Virus record (IMG/VR): IMGVR_UViG_3300042291_001013
Source: a virus
Taxonomy: Duplodnaviria; Caudoviricetes
Direction: 5' to 3' (one strand)
Length of the DNA stretch: 64,000 nt
Under the pieces are notes generated by a model, which was given only the letters and a program-made list of their open reading frames with translations, did not search any database and had not been told where the DNA came from. Positions 54,800-63,444 of the stretch are shown piece after piece. The translations under genes and the position numbers were made by a program. The first letter of the stretch is position 1. Each line of letters begins with the position of its first letter.

Positions 54800-54860
54800 G
54801 TTAAAGCTCCTTAATATATGACCTTATCGGGTCTGCTTTTATTTAGTCAAAACGGAAAAA

Positions 54861-56762
54861 TCACGCCTGTTGAGGATTATTTTGAGCACGATTTTGTGCG
54901 GCAAATGCATTGGGATCAAAGCGATTTACTGCTTTGGCATAGCCTGCAGGGGTGGCCATGACCCAGCCTTCTTGTCCCGGATGCTCTGTGTCGGCTTGTT
55001 TCAACAGGTACATTTTAACATCGTGCAACAGAATAAACGCGGTAAATGCTGCCGCAAGACCTTGTTGGTTAGATGTGGGACTTTGCAGGTATTCCACAAT
55101 GTTGCGGAACTTGCTGGGAGTGACTTTTGTCTGTAGCCAGTCGCCAAACTCAGGCAATAGTGTAGCACCGTTTAGTGGAGTTCCCACTTTGGTATTGATA
55201 AAGTCCACGCACAACTTTGCTAGATCTGTGATCTTGTGTGCTCGTAGTTCAGCAGGATTGAACAAGGTGTTTATATTGTTGCCATCATTCTTGATAATAG
55301 CCTTGAGCTGTTTTTCTGCGTTGGTTTCAGTTTGTAATGCACGTGGGCTAGCTGGCTTTTCCAACATCAGGCCTGGTACTTGGTTAAAGCCTACTCCACT
55401 CAAGGGCTGTCGTGCTTCGCCAACATCTGCGTACATTGAGTGAATAGCAATGCCAATATTACTGTTGCCAATGCGTTGTCCCAACGCACTCTTTGCTGGA
55501 ATCTTGTACTCTATAGTATTGGGCTTGAACACATAGTTGCCAGAAATCACAGGAGGTGTATCCATATACAACAAGTCGCCCTTGACATAGCCTCTAAAGC
55601 CCTGGGGCAAACTGGCTTCCAGCACAGGGAACAGTTGTGAATATAGATTGATCAGTTCAGTTCTGTCACCCGAACGTCGGCTCTGTATGTTGGCCATCAT
55701 CTGTGGGCTAGTGGCAAGACCATCATAGCCCTTGGCTTCAAAGCCGGATCCATCTGTGAGCACAAACTCACCTGTGGCGGGCTTGCGTCCAAATATCACA
55801 GCAGGCTTACCGTCCCATTTGGCTGTGACTGTACTGGGTTGTTGTGTGGAATGTTGCACAATTGCCAGCGCATCCTTGATGCCCTGTGTACCACGACGGA
55901 ACACAAGATCTTCCAAGTGTTCAATGCCCTTGGCCCTGCCACCCACTCCTGCTTGTTCAGCTTCAACCAAGGCAACATAGCCGCGGTTTACAATACGGTC
56001 ACGCAGTCGGGCCAGGAAGTTTGCATCACTTTCGGCCATGCCTGTTTGTGGTTCTTGTAGGCCTTCACGTTTGAGATATTCTCTAAAGTCTGCTAGCTTG
56101 GCATCACGGTCGGGGTCATTGGCCAGCGCCGCATAGATGCTTTCAACGTTTTGCAAATTGCTACGATCAGCACGTCCGCCCAGCAACCACTTTGCAGTCT
56201 GATCAGGATCCACGCTGACAACTTCGTTGGTGGTGCGGCTTATAACGCCATTGGCACCAACTTTGAGTCCTAGTTGTTTGGCAATTGAACTCATGAGCAC
56301 ATTGCGGTTCATGCCTTTGTAGACAGAATTAGCGCCACCGCCATAGTAAAAAATACCCCACTCTACATTGGGGAAGAACATGAAATCAGTTTGTACATAG
56401 CCCTGATTGGGATCACCATTAACAGGAGTTCTAAAATGCACTTCGCCAGCTTTCTTGACCCACTCACGTGGATCCAAGCCTTGGCTGGTCACATACTGTG
56501 TGAGCAAATTTGCCAGTTGTTCTTTTGTGACTTCGTTGGAGTCCACAGCAAGATCTAAATCGCCCGACGTGGGCTTTTTGCCTGTGCTACCCAACCAGCG
56601 GCCCGGAGTGTTGGTTAGTGAATCAATTTCAGCTGAGAAGTTGATACCAGTCAGTGCTTCTAGCCACTGCACAGTTCCTGGGACGTCAGCCTGATTGATG
56701 CGCTGAGTCAGGGGTTGCCCCTGCTTGTCTTTGAATACGTTTCCGCCTTCTAGTAGTTTCAT
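54861..56762 (-). CDS. Pol-beta nucleotidyltransferase fused to RNA-ligase-fold domain
   Basis: LGSTG..SGDLD..VQTDF; KWDG, KGDLL, QEGWV, KAVNR. Confidence 0.7.
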   Translation of the reverse strand: MKLLEGGNVFKDKQGQPLTQRINQADVPGTVQWLEALTGINFSAEIDSLTNTPGRWLGSTGKKPTSGDLDLAVDSNEVTKEQLANLLTQYVTSQGLDPREWVKKAGEVHFRTPVNGDPNQGYVQTDFMFFPNVEWGIFYYGGGANSVYKGMNRNVLMSSIAKQLGLKVGANGVISRTTNEVVSVDPDQTAKWLLGGRADRSNLQNVESIYAALANDPDRDAKLADFREYLKREGLQEPQTGMAESDANFLARLRDRIVNRGYVALVEAEQAGVGGRAKGIEHLEDLVFRRGTQGIKDALAIVQHSTQQPSTVTAKWDGKPAVIFGRKPATGEFVLTDGSGFEAKGYDGLATSPQMMANIQSRRSGDRTELINLYSQLFPVLEASLPQGFRGYVKGDLLYMDTPPVISGNYVFKPNTIEYKIPAKSALGQRIGNSNIGIAIHSMYADVGEARQPLSGVGFNQVPGLMLEKPASPRALQTETNAEKQLKAIIKNDGNNINTLFNPAELRAHKITDLAKLCVDFINTKVGTPLNGATLLPEFGDWLQTKVTPSKFRNIVEYLQSPTSNQQGLAAAFTAFILLHDVKMYLLKQADTEHPGQEGWVMATPAGYAKAVNRFDPNAFAAQNRAQNNPQQA

Positions 56763-56767
56763 AATAA

Positions 56768-57535
56768 TTACTTGACCTCTACGCCTAGCATTTTTGCGGC
56801 TTCTTGGTGCTTAGGATTAGTTTTGTCAAATGGAGCATATGAGCCATTACCTAAATCAACTTCAAATGTAGGTGGCATTGAGCCACGTTTGACTCTAATG
56901 TCAATTTCACTTTGTGATCCACGATCATAGGCCAAGGTATTTTGTGCTGGTGCAATGCCATCTTTAACCAATTCCACAAACGCAGAGTTAACTGCATTGG
57001 TGCCTGCACCATCCACAGTAGCTCTATAAATTGCTTCTATGTTTGTGTTTATGGCTGTGGTAATTTCTTGTGCGGCTTGTTTGGCCACAGGGTCGTCACC
57101 TACTGCACGACTTAAACTTTGATAGCTAAAACTGCCACTACTCGGGCTAATCATGCGGTTGATCATTTGCACAAGATCATTTCTAAGACTGTCTACACTG
57201 GGGGTTGTAACGTCTTTTAGCGATGTTGGGGGATTGCCTGCAGAATCTTTGCTGTTGGCCAAAAAGGTCTGTACTGTCTGTGCCCAGGCTTTTTGTAGCT
57301 GTGGTACCAGGGCATCAACAATGGACTGGCTGACTTTCATGCCGCCAACACGATCTGTTGGACTGCCTGCTCGATCACCCGGTGCCAGTTGCGGGGCAAA
57401 CTTCTGTACAAATTGTTTGCCGGCCTGTTTGGCTATGCCGCCAGCCACAGATGCTATACCGCCAGCCACAGCTCCTAGTATTTCATTCACTGGCTCTTTG
57501 TTTGATGGTTTGCGGGTTATTTCATGTATCTGCAT
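56768..57535 (-). CDS. Late protein, putative head-internal
   Basis: N-terminus MQIHE-I and PVNE-I. Confidence 0.55.
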   Translation of the reverse strand: MQIHEITRKPSNKEPVNEILGAVAGGIASVAGGIAKQAGKQFVQKFAPQLAPGDRAGSPTDRVGGMKVSQSIVDALVPQLQKAWAQTVQTFLANSKDSAGNPPTSLKDVTTPSVDSLRNDLVQMINRMISPSSGSFSYQSLSRAVGDDPVAKQAAQEITTAINTNIEAIYRATVDGAGTNAVNSAFVELVKDGIAPAQNTLAYDRGSQSEIDIRVKRGSMPPTFEVDLGNGSYAPFDKTNPKHQEAAKMLGVEVK

Positions 57536-57770
57536 GGGTGCGTCTCACTGATCTGCTGAATTTGCCTGAATCTTTTGTGCGAATTGCATTGAGTAATTTG
57601 CGTGTTAAATTCTCTGCTTGATCGGCAGGATACTCAGCTTCAATTTGTTCTACCAAACGTATAGCCGTCTCAATAATGTTACTGGCGCGATTCTCAATTA
57701 GCAAACGGCGATCACGTTCTACGTACAACGTGTCCAGTTCTTCCAGTATGCTCCGTGTCTTTTTTTGCAT
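57522..57770 (-). CDS. Hypothetical late protein
   Basis: TAAATA upstream. Confidence 0.75.
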   Translation of the reverse strand: MQKKTRSILEELDTLYVERDRRLLIENRASNIIETAIRLVEQIEAEYPADQAENLTRKLLNAIRTKDSGKFSRSVRRTHADT

Positions 57771-57853
57771 CTATTCAGGGGCCTTTGGATTATTTAGCAG
57801 GTTCAAGGTTCAAATAAATATCTATAGTATCGCACAGCGACAAGGAAAACCCA

Positions 57854-59170
57854 ATGACCAGTCAGATCAACCCAAACAACATAGATGGCAGCTACCCAGT
57901 TGCTGGCCAGCCCAATAACACACAGGGCTTTAGAGACAATTTTACCAATATTAAACAGAATTTTCAATATGCAGAAACTGAAATTGATGATCTGCAAAAC
58001 AAAGTTGTTCTAAAACAAGCCCTGGCCGGTGGTACTTTGAACAACAACATGAACGACAATCTCATGTATGCTGTAAAGTTCCAAGACGTTAGTTACACCT
58101 ATGTGCAAAATGCCACTACTTCGGGCACTGTGCCCTTGGATTTTTCAGCTGGTCAATATCAATTTATTACCACAACAGGTCCTATCACTCTTTCCTTTGC
58201 TAACTGGCCAATTTCAGGATCAGCTGGACTTATTCAAATTGCTGTTAATATTACCAGTACTGCGCACACACTGACTTTGCCGTCAGCAGTGAGTCTAGGT
58301 ACTGTGGGAGTACAAGGCTACAGTAGTAATGTAATTACATTTGCTCAAACTGGTACCTATCAGTTTGCGTTTAGTTCTGTCAATGGCGGAACTACCATAA
58401 CTGTGTACGATCTCAATAGACCACTCAGCTACTACACCAACCCTGTGACCATTTCCAATACCGCAGACAGCACAGGAACATCGTCTGGTGCCCTGATTGT
58501 CAGTGGCGGCGTTGGTGTAGCCGGTAACTTGTACGTGGGCGGCAACATTGTGGGCAGTATTGTTGCAACCGGCAATACTTTTGCAGGCAACACCACTGTG
58601 GGCAATTTGCTCACAGCAGGATTTGTCAGTGCCACAGGCAACATCACTGGCGGCAACATCAATACCGCGGGCTTGGTATCAGCTATTGGTAACATCACTG
58701 GCGGCAACTTAAATTCTGTTAGCCTAAGTCTAAGCGGTAACGTGATATCAGCTCTAAACGTAACTGGCAACATAACTGGTGGCAACATCATGAGTGTGGC
58801 CATTGTCAGTGCGGCTGGTAACGTTACAGGTGGAAACTTGCGCACAGGCGGCTTGATCAGTGCAACTGGTACTGTTACCAGTGCATCAAATATCACTGGT
58901 GGCAACATCACCACAGCTGGTCAAGTCAGTGCCGCAGGTAATGCAATAATTCTTGCAGGCACAGCACCACCAGCTGGTGGCACTACTGGTGCTGGCTTGC
59001 GTATGTCCAGTACTAGCAATCTTGGTTTATTCTTTGGAGCCGGTACTCCCAGCCTTAGCGCCGCGCAAGGCAGTCTCTATATCAATACTACTGGAAGCAG
59101 TACATCAACTCGAATTTATATTAACACCAACGGCTCTACTGGCTGGACGGCTGTGACTACTGCGACTTAA
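57854..59170 (+). CDS. Tail-fibre-like protein
   Basis: TAAATA and SD AAGGA; ~17-aa SAxGNITGGN repeats. Confidence 0.7.
   Translation: MTSQINPNNIDGSYPVAGQPNNTQGFRDNFTNIKQNFQYAETEIDDLQNKVVLKQALAGGTLNNNMNDNLMYAVKFQDVSYTYVQNATTSGTVPLDFSAGQYQFITTTGPITLSFANWPISGSAGLIQIAVNITSTAHTLTLPSAVSLGTVGVQGYSSNVITFAQTGTYQFAFSSVNGGTTITVYDLNRPLSYYTNPVTISNTADSTGTSSGALIVSGGVGVAGNLYVGGNIVGSIVATGNTFAGNTTVGNLLTAGFVSATGNITGGNINTAGLVSAIGNITGGNLNSVSLSLSGNVISALNVTGNITGGNIMSVAIVSAAGNVTGGNLRTGGLISATGTVTSASNITGGNITTAGQVSAAGNAIILAGTAPPAGGTTGAGLRMSSTSNLGLFFGAGTPSLSAAQGSLYINTTGSSTSTRIYINTNGSTGWTAVTTAT
58621..58940 (+). repeat. Degenerate coding repeats (GGCAACATCACTGG(C/T)GGCAAC) encoding GNITGGN
   Basis: About five copies in the fibre gene. 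Confidence 0.8.
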
Positions 59171-60635
59171 TTTTACCCAGTAACTGTTTAAGTTTGGCGC
59201 TTTGTACGTCTGCTGTGATTTTTTCTGCAACCTCGGGTTTTAATTCTTTGCCACCTGGTTGATAATCCCAAGCGTGTGTTCCTGTTGGCTTTTCCCACTT
59301 GGTGGATGTACTGTCCGTTGTTTCGGTGTCAGCAGCCTTGACTTGACTCCGGGCCTTGATTGAATCCATAATGGAACTTTGTGGTCGATTGTATCCTGTT
59401 CCTTCGTCCCCGCCTTCATCAGTAATGCGCATAGTTTCAATGTTGTACTCCAGATCGATTTTTTGACCAACGCCGGTCGAGCTTCGCGACTTCATACACT
59501 GTATTTGGTATTTGCCACGTTCCTTCATTGCTCGGCTTGTGAAAATGCCGAACACGTTATCTGCTGTGTTGATCTTGGAAATACCACCTGAAATATGCGA
59601 GTGATCAAATTCAATTTCTTCCACAGCGGATCTGTTTAACTGCGATGCAGTTACCATTAGGATTCCTAGCTCTTTGGCTAAATTACGGAGTTCTTCTGAA
59701 ACATACTTGTCTTTCACAAACAAGTCGTTGGGACTGACTTTGGCACTTACAGGCATCAGCAAATCCAGGTAGTCAATCATCACAAAGTCTACCTTCTTGC
59801 CTGTTTGAATTTGATACTCTTTCAAATAAGCACGAATGTCATTGATGTTGCTTTGTGCTGGCAAGCCCTTGACTTGATAGTTGCCCGACTTCTTGGCCAC
59901 CAACTTGACCTTGAGCTCTGTGGTGTCTATGTCCTTGCGAATGTCTTTTGTTGACATATTGGTCAACATAGCATCAGTTCGCAATGACGTAAGCTCTTCT
60001 GACAGTTCTAGTGTGATGTAGACACCGCTGAGTCCTGATTGTAGCCAGTTCAAGGCAATGTTCATCATGACCAGTGACTTGCCTGATCCTGAGCCACCTG
60101 CAAAGATGTTGAGTTCACCACGGCTGAATCCGCCATACAACAATCTGTCCAGTTGTGGCCAGCCTGTGCTTACTTGTCCGCCCGAGTTGAAGTATTTCTC
60201 AATGCGAGCCTTGGGATCAGCAAAGTAGTCTGTACCCATGTCTTTAGTAAGAGATATCTGTACTGCATCTTTGATGAGTTTTTCAACAGGTTCATATTCG
60301 CCTTTCTCCAGCAAGTCTGCTGATTTCAAAATAGCACGTTCCAGTTCTTGGCGTCGAGTAAATGCTTCAAACTCGCCCATGAACCAGTCAAAGTGACCTT
60401 CGTTCAAGTCCGGCACCGGTTGCAGTTTAACGCCTGTGGTTGCTGAAATCTGCATCCTATCAGGCATGGTCTTGTGCTTGTCTGAGTGTTCTTTAATGAA
60501 CTCAGCCGCAGGTCTCAAACTCCGGTCAAAGTTTTGCGGGTTGTAGATGTTTTGAACACGCACATAACTTGTGGCATCTTCCAGCATCATCTCTAAAAAT
60601 AATCGTTGGACATCAAGTCCGTAGTCTTTAATCAT
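59157..60635 (-). CDS. Replicative DnaB-family helicase (T4 gp41-like)
   Basis: AGGSGSGKS, ITLE, MIDYLD, TASQLNR, KSR. Confidence 0.93.
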   Translation of the reverse strand: MIKDYGLDVQRLFLEMMLEDATSYVRVQNIYNPQNFDRSLRPAAEFIKEHSDKHKTMPDRMQISATTGVKLQPVPDLNEGHFDWFMGEFEAFTRRQELERAILKSADLLEKGEYEPVEKLIKDAVQISLTKDMGTDYFADPKARIEKYFNSGGQVSTGWPQLDRLLYGGFSRGELNIFAGGSGSGKSLVMMNIALNWLQSGLSGVYITLELSEELTSLRTDAMLTNMSTKDIRKDIDTTELKVKLVAKKSGNYQVKGLPAQSNINDIRAYLKEYQIQTGKKVDFVMIDYLDLLMPVSAKVSPNDLFVKDKYVSEELRNLAKELGILMVTASQLNRSAVEEIEFDHSHISGGISKINTADNVFGIFTSRAMKERGKYQIQCMKSRSSTGVGQKIDLEYNIETMRITDEGGDEGTGYNRPQSSIMDSIKARSQVKAADTETTDSTSTKWEKPTGTHAWDYQPGGKELKPEVAEKITADVQSAKLKQLLGKIKSQ

Positions 60636-60661
60636 ATAGTATTATAGCACATAAAAAGAAG

Positions 60662-61108
60662 TTAGAATTTTATTTTGTTGCCTAATTTTAACAAATAGGC
60701 AAAAGGATCCGGGTCAAACAAATCAAACAACACACACCCATTGTAGTTCCAGGTAGTTGAACGTGTGGATGGGTAGTCAAGATATTCTTTTATGGAACCG
60801 GGTGTTTGGGTTGATACGATGGGTTTGTATTCAATCCTGGTTAGCACTATGTCTTGATTAATTTTTATGCCTGCCAACGAAACATTCAAAAGTTCTACAG
60901 ATTTTTGGTCATGACTGTTTTTTCCTGATAGTACAAGCATTACTGTATTTGGCAAATAACTCAAAATTTCAACAGTTTCTATTCCATTGTTGATTTTTCG
61001 TGTAGTTGGCAACATCTCAAAATCAGAACCATATGCATTTATAGTCATTGCATTATCGCTGTGTTTGAGATTTAAAATTAGAAGAAAGTTTGTACGTTGA
61101 ATCCGCAT
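60662..61108 (-). CDS. Hypothetical protein in AT-rich insert
   Basis: ORF track. Confidence 0.6.
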   Translation of the reverse strand: MRIQRTNFLLILNLKHSDNAMTINAYGSDFEMLPTTRKINNGIETVEILSYLPNTVMLVLSGKNSHDQKSVELLNVSLAGIKINQDIVLTRIEYKPIVSTQTPGSIKEYLDYPSTRSTTWNYNGCVLFDLFDPDPFAYLLKLGNKIKF

Positions 61109-62442
61109 TGTTGTATTACTTTAACAGTATCAATTGCATTGCGATACCTTGACATTTGATTTTGTCGGAAAGAACTATGATCAATTGTTTTTTCTAACTT
61201 TGTACCTGGCAATATACCCGGTAATGTGCATTGAACTTTTAGTACTGTGCCATTGGCAAAATCACTGTGATTTAAAAACCATTGTCTGACCTGCTGATAA
61301 TCTGACTCTGTTTCTGTTGGATATGACAGAATTATTAGCAGATTCATCGGTACCTGATATTTTTTAGCCATCTCCAAATGATGATCAAGATCTGCATTGG
61401 TAAAATTCTTACCTAGATTGATTCGAACATGCTCAATGATGCTTTCAACGCCAGTTAGTAAAAATCCATTGCTTTTTTTTATTAATTTCCACATGTCTTC
61501 TTTGTGTTGTGTTGCAGATCTAATAATAAAAGATCCTACCCAATGTATCTGGGCCTGAGCGTTTGTTTGGTCATTGTAGGCAGCTATTAGTTGCAATAGT
61601 TTTTTAAACTCTTTTAAATTACCATTGCAAATGCTACTAGCAAATTGAAATCTATACACCTTGTAAGTTTCTATATGTTTTTGTATTTGTTCAAAAATGT
61701 TTTCAGCAGTTAGATACTGAAACTTTTCCCAGAATGCAATTACATCACAAAATTCACAGGCCTGCACACAACCACGGCTATCCACAATTGGCAATGTTGG
61801 ATATCCATATCTAAACAACCTGTAGTCAGAGTAATCTGGGATAGGAAGTTTATTAAATTCTGTGTTGGATTGCCAAGCATGGGAGTTAATGCCAGGATAA
61901 GACATATTTCCACGCACATATTCAACCAAGGACGTTTCGCCATCACCAGTGATATAGTCGTCAATAAATCCTAACTTTTTAACGCGGTCAGGAAATTTAA
62001 ACAAAGAATTTTCCAATGTCTGCAATCCAGGTCCGCCAATTACTATTTTGGCGTCAGGCGCTTGCTGTCGTAACATTGCGCACAGCCAAACAGTAAAGGT
62101 CTGCGTTTGTGAGGAAAACAAACTCAGTCCAATAATAGTAGGGGCATGCGACAATATTTCTCGAGCGTAAAAATCCAGCATTATAACTAAATCGTCCGCT
62201 ATTTCTTCATGTATTTTTTGTCGATTAAAAAAATCAAGAAACAGGTTTCGTTTGGGATTGTGTTGTATTTTGTTGTATATTTCAATATTAAGATCGAGCG
62301 CCACGCATGCGATTCCGTTGGCTTGCAATGATGCTTTTAATACTGCTGGGGCTGCCAATGGAGTATCATCGTCAACAAAAGGCATCGACGCAACAACAAC
62401 TTTAACAATATTCTGTTGATTAGTATTGTAGTCGCTTAACAA
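61078..62442 (-). CDS. Cobalamin-binding-domain radical SAM enzyme
   Basis: N-terminal B12-binding fold (LAAPAVLKASL, IGLSLF, IVIGGP), SRGCVQACEFC. Confidence 0.85.
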   Translation of the reverse strand: MLSDYNTNQQNIVKVVVASMPFVDDDTPLAAPAVLKASLQANGIACVALDLNIEIYNKIQHNPKRNLFLDFFNRQKIHEEIADDLVIMLDFYAREILSHAPTIIGLSLFSSQTQTFTVWLCAMLRQQAPDAKIVIGGPGLQTLENSLFKFPDRVKKLGFIDDYITGDGETSLVEYVRGNMSYPGINSHAWQSNTEFNKLPIPDYSDYRLFRYGYPTLPIVDSRGCVQACEFCDVIAFWEKFQYLTAENIFEQIQKHIETYKVYRFQFASSICNGNLKEFKKLLQLIAAYNDQTNAQAQIHWVGSFIIRSATQHKEDMWKLIKKSNGFLLTGVESIIEHVRINLGKNFTNADLDHHLEMAKKYQVPMNLLIILSYPTETESDYQQVRQWFLNHSDFANGTVLKVQCTLPGILPGTKLEKTIDHSSFRQNQMSRYRNAIDTVKVIQQCGFNVQTFF

Positions 62443-63409
62443 GTTGCTTTTTCCTTAGTTCTATTTTGATTCGACTGGTTTCTCTAGCTGACATTATAGT
62501 TAGCAATGCTCCGAGCCGCCCCAACACAATTACCGCATCATTAACATCTTTGCAACCTTCTGGCCATTCTGGTATACTTACCGCCCAGCCAAGTTCTACT
62601 GCACGATCTATTAGTTCAAGTCCTGCTTTGTCTTGATCAGGTATTACTGTGATTTGTTTTCCAAGACTTCTAATCAGTCTTGCTTGTGTATCACTAATGG
62701 TGTTGTGCATTACTGCTAAGCCAGATATGGATAACGCACAAAATACACCTTCCATGACAAACACATGTTCCCATTCAGTCTTTTGTAAATCCGTACCAAA
62801 CACATATCCAGGTTGCATATGATTAATATACTTGGGCACCTTGTTGTCTAAGAATCTAGCAGTCCAGCCAACTACAGTATTGTTCCAAGTAAACGGCACA
62901 ACCACATGAGGCCTAATCCAATGAATTCCGTCCGTTTTAATAGCAGTCATGATAGGATAATCTTTGGGTACCTGGCGAGTTTGCAAATAATCCCAGTAGT
63001 CTGTCATTTCAGGAGTTACAACTTCTGAGTATGGTGGTAAGTCGTCAGACTCTTCAAATGTTATATCTGCTAATGCTTGAAATGTTTTATTACGGTCATC
63101 TAGAATACCGTGTATGCTACGATGTTTAAGACTTTCTAAGTTTAAGTACTCAACTTCATTTTCAGAAACACCTAACCATCCTAGTAACTTTTTTGCTTTA
63201 AAACTTACTGAACGTCCAAGAACGAAACTTGCTGTGTATGAACAATTAAAACAGTGATAGCTCCAGCCTTGTTCTGCAACTTTGATTCCGCCACGTTGAC
63301 GTTTGTCTTGGGAGTTACCGTTATGCGTACAGCAAACCGCATTGAAACTCAGCCAGCCACTGGGACTGCTTTTTCTTTTTGCGGGTAGGTAACTTAGGAT
63401 ATCCAGCAT
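62420..63409 (-). CDS. DNA primase (T4 gp61-like)
   Basis: Zn finger CC..H..CFNC, WTARF..KY, TOPRIM EG and DQD. Confidence 0.85.
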   Translation of the reverse strand: MLDILSYLPAKRKSSPSGWLSFNAVCCTHNGNSQDKRQRGGIKVAEQGWSYHCFNCSYTASFVLGRSVSFKAKKLLGWLGVSENEVEYLNLESLKHRSIHGILDDRNKTFQALADITFEESDDLPPYSEVVTPEMTDYWDYLQTRQVPKDYPIMTAIKTDGIHWIRPHVVVPFTWNNTVVGWTARFLDNKVPKYINHMQPGYVFGTDLQKTEWEHVFVMEGVFCALSISGLAVMHNTISDTQARLIRSLGKQITVIPDQDKAGLELIDRAVELGWAVSIPEWPEGCKDVNDAVIVLGRLGALLTIMSARETSRIKIELRKKQLVKRLQY

Positions 63410-63415
63410 CTATAC

Positions 63416-63444
63416 AGTATAACAGATTAGTTACACTAAATCAA
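63416..63444 (-). promoter_or_regulatory. Sigma70 promoter, leaderless primase
   Basis: TTGATT-17-TATACT-6-ATG. Confidence 0.75.

Noticed and set aside
54820-54833. 5' stabilising hairpin in the 54799 leader
   Set aside because: Only 4 bp (GACC/GGTC), too weak to call
1093-58914. Long antisense ORFs (e.g. 1093-1569, 24876-25412, 54952-55443, 58432-58914)
   Set aside because: Shadows of well-supported genes on the opposite strand; no SD or promoter and no recognisable motifs
35596-60635. Inteins or group I introns in ligase, nrdA, nrdB or helicase
   Set aside because: ORFs are continuous and of normal length, with no splice or homing-endonuclease motifs
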